Of a stretch of DNA of 64,000 bases, positions 43,299 to 52,013 are shown piece after piece. The number at the start of each line of letters is the position of its first letter. Positions within the stretch are counted from its first letter, which is position 1. The DNA is taken from NCBI GenBank assembly GCA_048939765.1, contig JBHLPF010000016.1, positions 30 to 64,029 on the forward strand, read 5' to 3'. Made by a program: the position numbers and the translations under genes. This DNA is from Promethearchaeota archaeon. GTDB lineage: Archaea; Asgardarchaeota; Thorarchaeia; Thorarchaeales; Thorarchaeaceae. The notes under the pieces were generated by a model. The model ran no database searches. It was not told the origin of the DNA and saw only the letters and a program-made list of their open reading frames with translations.

Positions 43299-45144
43299 CC
43301 ATTTATTCACCGATTTCGACGGAACATTTGATGGAAGACTTGCCAGAGTCATTCCTGTAGCTGCAAACTACACCTCAGAGTGGGCAGGCTCAGCCGCAAG
43401 GTATGACTGCAGAATCAAGATAAAGTACAACAAGGAACTGATGGCCCAGCTTGAAGAAGGCATGATGATAGCGGTCCGCAATTTCAAGGGGCAGGCGAAG
43501 TCAGCCAAGAGGAAAGGAGTCCAGCGTTTCACAGTGATGGTCATTAGTAAAGTATGGCCCCTACACTATGGACTTGGAGGTATTAGTGACAGCCATTATT
43601 ATCCAATGCAGATGGAGATGATAGAGCAAGCAGTACCAGATTGGGACACTGATGACCAGGCAACAATGATGGTTCATCTCACAGCAATTCCGATCAACTA
43701 TGATCTCATTGTTCCAGAGAAAGGAGAGATAGAATTCAGGAAGGGATTTTCATATCCTCTTATTGGGGATAGGGTACATGTCATAAATCTGGAGACGGTA
43801 GACCTCATCTATAATGGAAGAGTTAGAGAGACTCTGGGGTTGAAGAAGAAGGCGACATCATCTGATCCCAGGAAAGACCCGCGGGTTGGTATTCTCAGGA
43901 TGTTCATGGATTCTGAGAAGGAGGTTCCTGTTCTTGTGGACCTCTATAAGCTTCTCAGATACCACTTCGGAGTATTCTCATTCACTGGAGGCGGAAAAAG
44001 CAACCTTCTCTCAAATCTATTCAGAAGAATCCTCTACCATACCAAAGACACCAAACTTGTTATCTTCGATGTCAGTTGCGAGTACCCATTCCTCTTGTCG
44101 GATGTGCTATCGGACGCCAAAATTCAGGCTAGGGTAATTGTTGAAGAAGAACCAAGAACGGCTGAGGACTTCGCTAGGTCGATTGTAAAACCACGCGACT
44201 TCGAGGACGACCCACGAGCAAATACCGCGCTTAAATCACTCTATGATATGGACTTGGTGACTTTCTATAATCTCCCTCAATCACGGATGCCAACATACCG
44301 TTCTGTTCTCGATGACATCAATGATCTACAAAACGATAACTCATCAAAGCCAACCTATGTCCAAGCACTTGATCAAGTTAAAGCAGCTGTAATGGGATGG
44401 ATGGACGCCTGGGATAAGTCAGAAAGCGATGCACTTGATGACAAGTTCGTTGATATGCTCCATAAAGAAGCGGTTACAGCTGTAGAGGAGTTTTCAGTTT
44501 ATGCCAAATCTGGAGTCGCGGCATGGGCCAGTACAAGAGGGAAACTGAAAGATGTCATTGCACGGACCAAGAGTGGCAAGAAGAAGGGCATGACTGTAAA
44601 GGATATGCTCAAGATGATGAGCGGCCCTGAACGCGTCATCTGCATATCGATTGCAGATCCAGACATTATCAGAGATATCGTAATTCGTATGACAGGTTCC
44701 GCCTTGAAGTATAGGAAGAGAAGCTTTGAGATAAAGCCGCAGATACTATTCGTATTCGATGAAGCTCAGGAGTTCATTCCTTCGAACGCTACTGGTCAAG
44801 TAGCGCGGTGCAGCAGTGCTATAGAGAGGCTATTACGCCAAGGAAGGAAGTATGGACTGGGGGGAACGATTGCCACACAGAGAATCGCATATCTAAATAC
44901 AAACATCATGCAACAATTGCATACCTTCTTCGTGGGAACATTGCCCAGACCGTATGATCGAACAGTCGTTAGCAGTTCATTCCAAATCGACCTCAGTATT
45001 CTCGACAAGACACTCGAGTTCCCTCCAGGATCATGGCTTCTATCAAGCTATATAGCAATGGGCATTGATAACGTGCCCGTGTTTGTAAAAGCCGATAACT
45101 CTGAGGATGCATTGCAAGACCATATTTCAGCCATAACTGAATAG
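43270..45144 (+). CDS. HerA/FtsK-like hexameric ATPase (DUF87-type)
   Basis: Walker A FSFTGGGKSNLLSNL, Walker B ILFVFDEAQEFIP, GGTIATQR, and an N-terminal barrel-like region. GGAGG SD. 29-nt overlap with the NurA-like gene. Confidence 0.8.
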   Translation: MLNSHEDVPSHLFTDFDGTFDGRLARVIPVAANYTSEWAGSAARYDCRIKIKYNKELMAQLEEGMMIAVRNFKGQAKSAKRKGVQRFTVMVISKVWPLHYGLGGISDSHYYPMQMEMIEQAVPDWDTDDQATMMVHLTAIPINYDLIVPEKGEIEFRKGFSYPLIGDRVHVINLETVDLIYNGRVRETLGLKKKATSSDPRKDPRVGILRMFMDSEKEVPVLVDLYKLLRYHFGVFSFTGGGKSNLLSNLFRRILYHTKDTKLVIFDVSCEYPFLLSDVLSDAKIQARVIVEEEPRTAEDFARSIVKPRDFEDDPRANTALKSLYDMDLVTFYNLPQSRMPTYRSVLDDINDLQNDNSSKPTYVQALDQVKAAVMGWMDAWDKSESDALDDKFVDMLHKEAVTAVEEFSVYAKSGVAAWASTRGKLKDVIARTKSGKKKGMTVKDMLKMMSGPERVICISIADPDIIRDIVIRMTGSALKYRKRSFEIKPQILFVFDEAQEFIPSNATGQVARCSSAIERLLRQGRKYGLGGTIATQRIAYLNTNIMQQLHTFFVGTLPRPYDRTVVSSSFQIDLSILDKTLEFPPGSWLLSSYIAMGIDNVPVFVKADNSEDALQDHISAITE

Positions 45145-45222
45145 AAACCTCTACAAAGATGTCCATCATCGACACTGACTTAAGAGTGATTCAGTAGCCA
45201 GAGCTTCCAGGAGGACGGCGCA

Positions 45223-46461
45223 ATGGCAAGCCCAGAGAAAGCTGCACGAGAAGAAGCAAATCAAGCTAGGGCTCCAACCCGTGAGATTTTGGGCCTCGGT
45301 TCCGATCTGTGGAGAGCTGCCATTCTTCTCGGTCTAGCTCAGTTTTCAATCGGCCTATGGAATTGGCAATTCAGTGTGCATCTTGACACCTTTCTAGAGC
45401 CATGGCAAATAGGGCTGACTTATTCAGCCAGACCAGCTGCAATGCTTCTGGGAGGATATCTCTCGGGTATGATGGGGGATTTTTTTGGTAGAAAGAAGAC
45501 AATGGCGATTAGCCTTGTGCCAATTTCATTCGGACTCACCGCACTTTCTTTCTATCCAGTTTGGCCAATGATCCCAATTCAGTTTGGTTTTGTAATGTTT
45601 GGAATGAGTTCTGTGCGTCTAATGCAAAGGGCGATTCCAGCAGATGTTGTCCAGGCTCAACGGAGCCAAGACGCTGCACGCAAGTTCATGATGATCATGG
45701 TACCCATGTGGGCTATGGATGGAATCAGTCCGTTATTGGGAACATTCATACTGAGTATTGGATTTCAACCTCAGCATCTCTACCTTATAGCAGCAGTAGG
45801 CGGAGCATTCACCTGTGTCGCGATTCTACTCACAGTCAAGGAGTCGCTTGGAGATGAGATAATCAAGAAAGCGAAACAAGGTCCAAAAGTACCAATTCGA
45901 AGTCTTGGAGCTAATTTCTGGTTGTTTTCAGGGGGTATGCTCATGTACTTCTTTTTCTACAGCTCAGCAATATCGTATCTAGGAGTCCTCTCCGTTGATG
46001 AATGGGGCGTTGATATTTCGGTCTACGGAGTTTCTTGGAGTGTATTCTCAATCACAGGCGCACTAATTATGTATTCAATGAGCGGCCTTGCTGATAAGAA
46101 TCTAAAAGCTGCGCTTATTGCCGCAGTCTTTGGAAATGGGTTGTCATTCATTGGTCTCAGCGTAGGTACAGGTGATTTATGGCTCATTGTCTTGAATATA
46201 CTCTGGGCATTTCCTTTCATGGTATGGTTGGGGACTGTGAGGAGCATCGTGGCAAGTACTGTATCAGAAGAGCTCAAGGGTCGAGCGTTTGGCACCTATG
46301 ACATGGTCCTTGGGTTGACTGCTGTGTTTGCCACGTCATTCGGAGCACTTCTCTGGCAAATTTCTGGAAGCCTAAGACTCGTTTGGATGCTCGCAGGAAT
46401 TGGGATGATTCTGGTTACGGTTGTGATAGCGTTTATTATACGACGAATTGAGATTGACTAA
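45223..46461 (+). CDS. MFS-type transporter (paralog B)
   Basis: 412 aa with GMMGDFFGRKKTM and a CAGGAGGA SD. Collinear similarity with 40042..41316 (LWR.AI..G.AQFS...WNW.FS..L.TFLEPWQ.GLT.S). Confidence 0.8.
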   Translation: MASPEKAAREEANQARAPTREILGLGSDLWRAAILLGLAQFSIGLWNWQFSVHLDTFLEPWQIGLTYSARPAAMLLGGYLSGMMGDFFGRKKTMAISLVPISFGLTALSFYPVWPMIPIQFGFVMFGMSSVRLMQRAIPADVVQAQRSQDAARKFMMIMVPMWAMDGISPLLGTFILSIGFQPQHLYLIAAVGGAFTCVAILLTVKESLGDEIIKKAKQGPKVPIRSLGANFWLFSGGMLMYFFFYSSAISYLGVLSVDEWGVDISVYGVSWSVFSITGALIMYSMSGLADKNLKAALIAAVFGNGLSFIGLSVGTGDLWLIVLNILWAFPFMVWLGTVRSIVASTVSEELKGRAFGTYDMVLGLTAVFATSFGALLWQISGSLRLVWMLAGIGMILVTVVIAFIIRRIEID

Positions 46462-46532
46462 AATTAGATCCGTAATTAATTGCAGTCATTCGGGATTTGG
46501 CATCTCTAGAATCCTATTGATGTCTCTAACTG

Positions 46533-47651
46533 ATGAGTACCTATAAATCGGGGCTTGTTCTGTGGAAGCTCGGAGTTGGAGCTATGTCTGGCCATCTGGA
46601 AGATAGTTACGCCAAGATTCAGGATTGGTTGAAGGAAAACACGAAGAGATTCGCTTTCAAGAAACTCGAAAAGGAAATTGTTACAAGCGGGGTCTGTGTG
46701 GAATGCGGAGCATGTGTGGAGAATTGTCCAGTTAATGCCCTTACAGGTGATTATTCAACTGGCAAGTACGTTCCCACATTGACGGGAAAATGCACGGCCT
46801 GCGGCATTTGCTACGCAAATTGCCCTAGGACATACTTCTATCGAGATAATTTGCTAGGAAATGTCAGAAGTGCATGGAAAGCGAAAGCAGTCAACCGAAG
46901 TAGATCTGCACAAGATGGCGGAGCTGTAACCGCTATTCTTTCAAATATGCTTGAAACCGGGCGGATAGATGCTGCTGTTGTGGTGCAGGGAAATCCGGAT
47001 AAACCGTGGATGCCCGTAGCGAAGATTGCCAAGACAGCAAAAGAAGTTGAAGAGTGCGCAGGCTCAATCTACACCCATGCGCCTATTGTCCAAGGTGTTG
47101 TCCAGGCATTCAAGGAAGGTGCCAAGAAGATTGCAGTTGTTGGCACATCCTGCAATATTGACGCTGTTCATAATATGGAAACATTGCCTTCCGGGCCTAT
47201 CAAGGCCACCAAGGGTGCAGAAGCCATCCAATTCGGATTATTTTGCACCAAGTCATACGACTACACTGGCTTGACAAACTTCCTCAAGGAGCAGGGAATA
47301 GACATCAAGGATGCAAAACGCTTCGCCATTGCTGGAGGCAAGATGATGGTTGAACACTCTGAAGGTGAAGCTGAATGGGAAGTGGGTGCATTGGAGGAAT
47401 TCTCGGCAAGCTCCTGTGCGTATTGCCAAGACATGAATGGCAGGAATGCAGACATCTCTTGCGGCAACGTTGGCTCCGATGATGGATGGACTACTCTCCT
47501 GATTATGACTGAGCGCGGGGAGAAGGTCTTCAAGCAAGCTGTTAAATCAAAAGCAATTGAAGCTGATCCTATTGATGAAAAGGCGATTCGAGCTATTGAC
47601 AATCTTGCTCGATTCAAAGCGGCACGCTGGTATAAGATGAAAGCCCATTGA
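46533..47651 (+). CDS. F420 hydrogenase/dehydrogenase beta-subunit family protein (FrhB/FpoF-like) with N-terminal 2x[4Fe-4S]
   Basis: CVECGACVENCP and CTACGICYANCP, followed by a FrhB/FdhB-like body (GGAVTAIL..., VVGTSCNI). The start could instead be the second ATG, 17 codons in. Confidence 0.75.
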   Translation: MSTYKSGLVLWKLGVGAMSGHLEDSYAKIQDWLKENTKRFAFKKLEKEIVTSGVCVECGACVENCPVNALTGDYSTGKYVPTLTGKCTACGICYANCPRTYFYRDNLLGNVRSAWKAKAVNRSRSAQDGGAVTAILSNMLETGRIDAAVVVQGNPDKPWMPVAKIAKTAKEVEECAGSIYTHAPIVQGVVQAFKEGAKKIAVVGTSCNIDAVHNMETLPSGPIKATKGAEAIQFGLFCTKSYDYTGLTNFLKEQGIDIKDAKRFAIAGGKMMVEHSEGEAEWEVGALEEFSASSCAYCQDMNGRNADISCGNVGSDDGWTTLLIMTERGEKVFKQAVKSKAIEADPIDEKAIRAIDNLARFKAARWYKMKAH

Positions 47652-47668
47652 CAGAGAGCGGGCAATCA

Positions 47669-48184
47669 ATGAGAAAGAATATAGTCCTCACAGGAAGACC
47701 AGGGATTGGCAAGAGCACGGTAATCAGGAAGGTAATTCATGCTCTTGGCTTGGATAGCGTAGATGGATTTTGGTCATCTGAGATTCGCGAGAAGAATCGA
47801 CGAGTAGGGTTTTCCATCAATACATTGTCTGGAGAAACAGGCATTCTCGCTCACGTGGATTTAAGGAGAGGTCCTCGTGTAGGGAAATACCGCGTGAATA
47901 TTGAGGATTTGGAGTCACTTGCCATCCCTACTCTTGCTAAAGCTCGAGATCTTCGCAAGATCATTGTGATAGATGAAATTGCCTCAATGGAGTTGTACTC
48001 ACCTCAATTCGCCCCGGAGGTAAGGAGATGTCTTGACACAGGACGAGTCCTTGCTACTCTCCAACAGCGCCGTGGCAGTTTCCAAAATGAAGTCAGGAAT
48101 CGCAACGATGTGGACCTAATAGAGATCACTTTCGCTAATAGAAACGCTATTCCTGAGGAGGTCCTCTCAAGACTCCAAGTATAG
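47669..48184 (+). CDS. THEP1-type nucleoside-triphosphatase
   Basis: MRKNIVLTGRPGIGKST (P-loop), GF.S.E.R...RVGF, and Walker B IIVIDEI. Trimmed from the TTG at 47648. Confidence 0.75.
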   Translation: MRKNIVLTGRPGIGKSTVIRKVIHALGLDSVDGFWSSEIREKNRRVGFSINTLSGETGILAHVDLRRGPRVGKYRVNIEDLESLAIPTLAKARDLRKIIVIDEIASMELYSPQFAPEVRRCLDTGRVLATLQQRRGSFQNEVRNRNDVDLIEITFANRNAIPEEVLSRLQV

Positions 48185-48186
48185 AT

Positions 48187-49938
48187 CTATCTCCTTCTAG
48201 TCCTGAAATAAAGGGACAAGATTATGATTGTTGATAAACCGCCGATGATCGCAACAACTACAGAGATGGCCAATGGCAGACCCGGTCGTGTCATTGAGGT
48301 GATTTTATACTGTAGCCATCCAGTGTCGTACACATTCCTTGCTGACGAGTTATCCTCTGCCACAACCTTATAGTGAACCACAACCCCGTTGCTGAATTCA
48401 CCCAGATGTGCAGAGTAGAAATCATTTGACTCGTGCATCATCTCTACAACTTCCGTTTCGGTCCCATCCCCAGTATACCATTCAACCGTGATATTCCGAA
48501 TTCGGTTTATGTCCCACGCATAAGCTTGAACTGTGAGGTTCGTTGTTGTGGGAGTTGAATACAATTCAATCGCCTGAACCTCACTGACTAGGGGATGGTG
48601 TGCATCTGGTCCCACGGTAAGAGTCACAACTGCAAAGGACGTCTGATTGAAGAAGTCCTTTAGAGTCAGGTTGTACACATACACAGCCACCTCCAAGCCG
48701 TCGATAGAGATAGAGATATTCTCTCCTAGCCAAGTTCCATTCAGAAGGACTTCCCCGTTTCTTGTCAAACTATAGGAGCGAGGATTCGTCTCTTCTGCTG
48801 ACCATTCTAGGGAGTACCCAGTATATCCCTCTTCATATTCAAAATCACTAATCGAGTCTATTATCGGCGCCCGAGTATCCTCATAGACTGTGACATTGAC
48901 CGTGTTGTTTACTGACCTGTCAAAATCATCGAAGAGGACGATCTGGAATGTGTAATTGCCCAAGTACAGATAGTCGAGTGGAAACTCGATTGGTCCGCCC
49001 GTGGGCTCTGAGAAGGTCCAGTTAGTTGAAGAAACATTCGTCGGTGCATGAAGGGGCAGGCTAAGATTGCCATATTGTGTGTCGTTGTAGCGAATCCAGA
49101 CATTTATCGAGTAGTTCTTTGGATTGCTATCGTAAGCCATCCATCGTATTCTCTGGTCAATCGAGCCCCACTCAAACTCAATGTTTCCGGGGTCACTCAC
49201 TGTTGGAGCAGTCAGGTCCAGGACCACTGTCACATTGACTGAGCTAGTGGAGTTGTATCCAAGTGTATCATTGACGAACAAAGTATAGAGATACCATCGA
49301 GATGCGTTCAGTCCATCAACATTGATGGTAATATTGTCACCATCCCATTCGTCACTCAGAATCACCGTGTCATTGCTAGTTGGCTCATTTGAGATCCTTG
49401 TTATGTTAAAGAAGTCTGGATTGGTTTCAGTAATATTCCATCGAATCTCATGCCCAAAGCTACCTTCTTCGTAGCTTATGTTCTCAGGCTGTGCTATGAT
49501 AGGTGCAGCTTCGTCAGGAATAACATGGACTACCACAACATCCCACGCAGACTCATCATCCTCATTGAAGACTGTACAGTTGAATACGAAGTCAGATGGC
49601 ACTTCACTTGGTTCATCGAGAAGGCCCTCATCATACAAGTGATTCAGGAACACAGTAATATCGCTACCAGTCCAGGTTCCCTGTCGGTAGACATCTCCAT
49701 CTCTTGTGATGCTGTAATTCTTGGGATTCGTTGCAGTTGGGGACCATCGGATCAATTCACTCAATGATCCATTCTCAAATGTGAGATCCGGAGGACTATT
49801 GATGGAAATTGAAGCAACAAAAAAGGTCTGTGAGCCTGAGAGAGGGCGGCTAGCTAGCGGTCCGCCAATTGTAGGCTGAAGCACAAGCCAAGTTAGAACC
49901 AGAGCGACGATTGCACCTTGCTTTCGTTTGGATACCAT
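48187..49938 (-). CDS. secreted surface protein with four tandem Ig-like repeats and a PGF-CTERM-like tail
   Basis: Signal/anchor IVALVLTWLVLQP. C-terminus RPGLPLAISVVVAIIGGLSTIIILSLYFRTRRR. More than 20 N-x-S/T sequons. Confidence 0.75.
   Translation of the reverse strand: MVSKRKQGAIVALVLTWLVLQPTIGGPLASRPLSGSQTFFVASISINSPPDLTFENGSLSELIRWSPTATNPKNYSITRDGDVYRQGTWTGSDITVFLNHLYDEGLLDEPSEVPSDFVFNCTVFNEDDESAWDVVVVHVIPDEAAPIIAQPENISYEEGSFGHEIRWNITETNPDFFNITRISNEPTSNDTVILSDEWDGDNITINVDGLNASRWYLYTLFVNDTLGYNSTSSVNVTVVLDLTAPTVSDPGNIEFEWGSIDQRIRWMAYDSNPKNYSINVWIRYNDTQYGNLSLPLHAPTNVSSTNWTFSEPTGGPIEFPLDYLYLGNYTFQIVLFDDFDRSVNNTVNVTVYEDTRAPIIDSISDFEYEEGYTGYSLEWSAEETNPRSYSLTRNGEVLLNGTWLGENISISIDGLEVAVYVYNLTLKDFFNQTSFAVVTLTVGPDAHHPLVSEVQAIELYSTPTTTNLTVQAYAWDINRIRNITVEWYTGDGTETEVVEMMHESNDFYSAHLGEFSNGVVVHYKVVAEDNSSARNVYDTGWLQYKITSMTRPGLPLAISVVVAIIGGLSTIIILSLYFRTRRR
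48598..49797 (-). repeat. four tandem repeats of about 90-110 aa within the surface protein
   Basis: The recurring pattern [DE]x[FY]E.GS....I.W.....NP..[YF][SN]I[TN]R occurs at about residues 48, 146, 248 and 358. Each repeat ends in V(N)VTV...AP. Confidence 0.6.
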
Positions 49939-50127
49939 TTGGTTGACTTCCTAAAGAGACCTAGTTTGTGCTCGATGCCCGCTCGAACTTCGAGGCACGG
50001 TTTTATACTTTGCGACTAGGCGAAGATTGCACTCATTGCTAAATAGTCTATCAAGCGAATGCTGATAAGAGGGATGTGCACACTAGACCCAGCGCCTACA
50101 GTGTTGTTTGATAGAGGACTGTATAAT

Positions 50128-51060
50128 ATGCCCGAGGCGATATTCTCTATTTGGTGGGATGACACGCTTGGACCAATGGTCGGTCGAAGCTTCCCTGAGG
50201 AGGAACCACTCACTGGAGAGGAAGCTCTGAGCATTTTCATGGGACACGGTGTAAATCAGGAAGCTAAAATGGGATATACCAAGCTTAGGAGAGGATTGAT
50301 TATTTCATATATGCAGGCTCCAAACTGTATAGCTGTCTTGCTCTCGCATGGCGAAGAATCGGGCATTGTAGAGAGGAACCTGCAGAGACTGGTCAAAGAT
50401 ATTGACATGAACGCAGATGATTGGGACGCTGAGTTGACTAGCGCATTCAGCAAGTTGCTGCTTTTGATAAAGGAGTTTTCAGGTCCGGATTTGCTTGATA
50501 ATCCTGGTGTATCCAAGATGGTGCAGGACATGCATTCGGGGAGAGTGGGACCTCTTGCTCCACGACATATACTCGAAGGCACTGTCAAATATCCAAATGC
50601 AACAGACTATCTTGGCGAAGACCAAGAAGAAACAAGAATGATTCTTACAGACTTGGTTGATGCTGGCATTCTAGTACCGAAGACATATGGTCGCCGGGTT
50701 CAATGCAGACAGTGCGGTGGAGAGGATGTGGAAATCACTCTGCTGTGTCCAAATTGCGGCTCCCAAAAGCTGCATAAAGTCTACACGGTCCATTGCCCTT
50801 GGTGCAGAGAACAGACACCCACAGTAATTGAAGATCAACTCACCAAAGTGAAGTGTGTTCAATGCAAAGCAGACATGGAGGTCTCAGATCTCAATGTACT
50901 TCATGTCGAACCCCTTTGCCAGGATTGTGGTACCGCGTCCAATGAACCGAGGATAGCTTTTGCCTGTGCGACATGTGGAAAGAGTCTTAATGCTGTTGAC
51001 CTTCTGGGTGGAACTGGTCTCGCCTATTACCATGCAAAGCGAACCGAGATTGATGAATGA
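50128..51060 (+). CDS. longin/roadblock-like N-terminal domain + winged-helix + four zinc-ribbon protein
   Basis: N-terminus MPEAIFSIWWDDTLGPMVGRSFP...NCIAVLLSHGEESGIVERNLQRLVKDI. Central ETRMILTDLVDAGILV. C-terminal CRQCGG..CPNCG, CPWC..CVQC, CQDCG, CATCG. Trimmed from 50059. Confidence 0.55.
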   Translation: MPEAIFSIWWDDTLGPMVGRSFPEEEPLTGEEALSIFMGHGVNQEAKMGYTKLRRGLIISYMQAPNCIAVLLSHGEESGIVERNLQRLVKDIDMNADDWDAELTSAFSKLLLLIKEFSGPDLLDNPGVSKMVQDMHSGRVGPLAPRHILEGTVKYPNATDYLGEDQEETRMILTDLVDAGILVPKTYGRRVQCRQCGGEDVEITLLCPNCGSQKLHKVYTVHCPWCREQTPTVIEDQLTKVKCVQCKADMEVSDLNVLHVEPLCQDCGTASNEPRIAFACATCGKSLNAVDLLGGTGLAYYHAKRTEIDE

Positions 51061-51144
51061 TAGTACTGCAGAAGCACACCACAACAGTTATGTTCTAGTC
51101 AACATGGCGCTTTTGCGGATATTCACTTGAATGGAAGGATATGA

Positions 51145-52011
51145 ATGGCAGGAGATGTCTTCAAGCTAGGTGTTGTGAAATTCGGATGCATCGGCGCGGC
51201 TCCCTTGCTCGACCTCCTAATTGATGAGAGAGCTGATCGTCAGGATCTCGAAGTCAGGGTGTTCACAAGTGGAGCAAAGCTTGACCCCGATTCATGTGTC
51301 GGACCGACTCAGATGGTAATTGAATACAAACCAGATCTGGTTTTGTCTGTGAGTCCTAATGCTGCTCTAAAGGGACCGACGAAGTCTAGAGAGATGTTGC
51401 ATGAGGCTGGATTACCGACAATTACTATCTCAGATGGTCCTTCTGAGAAAGGATTCTACAAGAAAGATGAAGAGGGCAAGAAGAAGAAATCAGTGCTGGA
51501 TAAGCAAGGATTCTTTATTCTATACGCGGATTCCATGATAGGAGCCAGAAGAGAATTCCTGGACCCGACAGAGATGACTCTATTCAATTCAGATATGATC
51601 AGAGTTCTATCAAACTCTGGAGTTATGCGGCTTCTTCAGCATGAGATCTATGGAGTCATGGATGCCCTAAGAAGCGGCAAGGACCCCAAGATGCCCACGA
51701 TGAAGGTCACAGCTGAGAAGGCGGTAGAGGCTGGCGGATTCTCCAATCCATACGCTGCTGCAAAAGCATATGCAGCCCTTAAAATCGCAGAGGCTGTAGC
51801 TGATGTCACTGTCAAGGGTTGCTTCGTGGAACAGGAGATGGAGAAGTACGTACCCATTGTTGCAGCTGGACATGAGATGATGCGAGCTGCGGCCATGATT
51901 TCAGATGAAGCAAGAGAGCTTGAGAAGAGTATGGATACTCTCCTAAGGACACCTCACAACAAAAAGGGTGTACTTCAGAGAAAGACCAAACTTGGCGAAA
52001 AGCCGGCATAG
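51145..52011 (+). CDS. mtd: F420-dependent methylenetetrahydromethanopterin dehydrogenase
   Basis: KFGCIGAAPLLDLLIDERADR, MIGARREFLDP, VTAEKAVEAGGFSNPYAAAKAYAA and AAGHEMMRAAA match Mtd throughout. GGAAGGA SD. Confidence 0.9.
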   Translation: MAGDVFKLGVVKFGCIGAAPLLDLLIDERADRQDLEVRVFTSGAKLDPDSCVGPTQMVIEYKPDLVLSVSPNAALKGPTKSREMLHEAGLPTITISDGPSEKGFYKKDEEGKKKKSVLDKQGFFILYADSMIGARREFLDPTEMTLFNSDMIRVLSNSGVMRLLQHEIYGVMDALRSGKDPKMPTMKVTAEKAVEAGGFSNPYAAAKAYAALKIAEAVADVTVKGCFVEQEMEKYVPIVAAGHEMMRAAAMISDEARELEKSMDTLLRTPHNKKGVLQRKTKLGEKPA

Positions 52012-52013
52012 GT

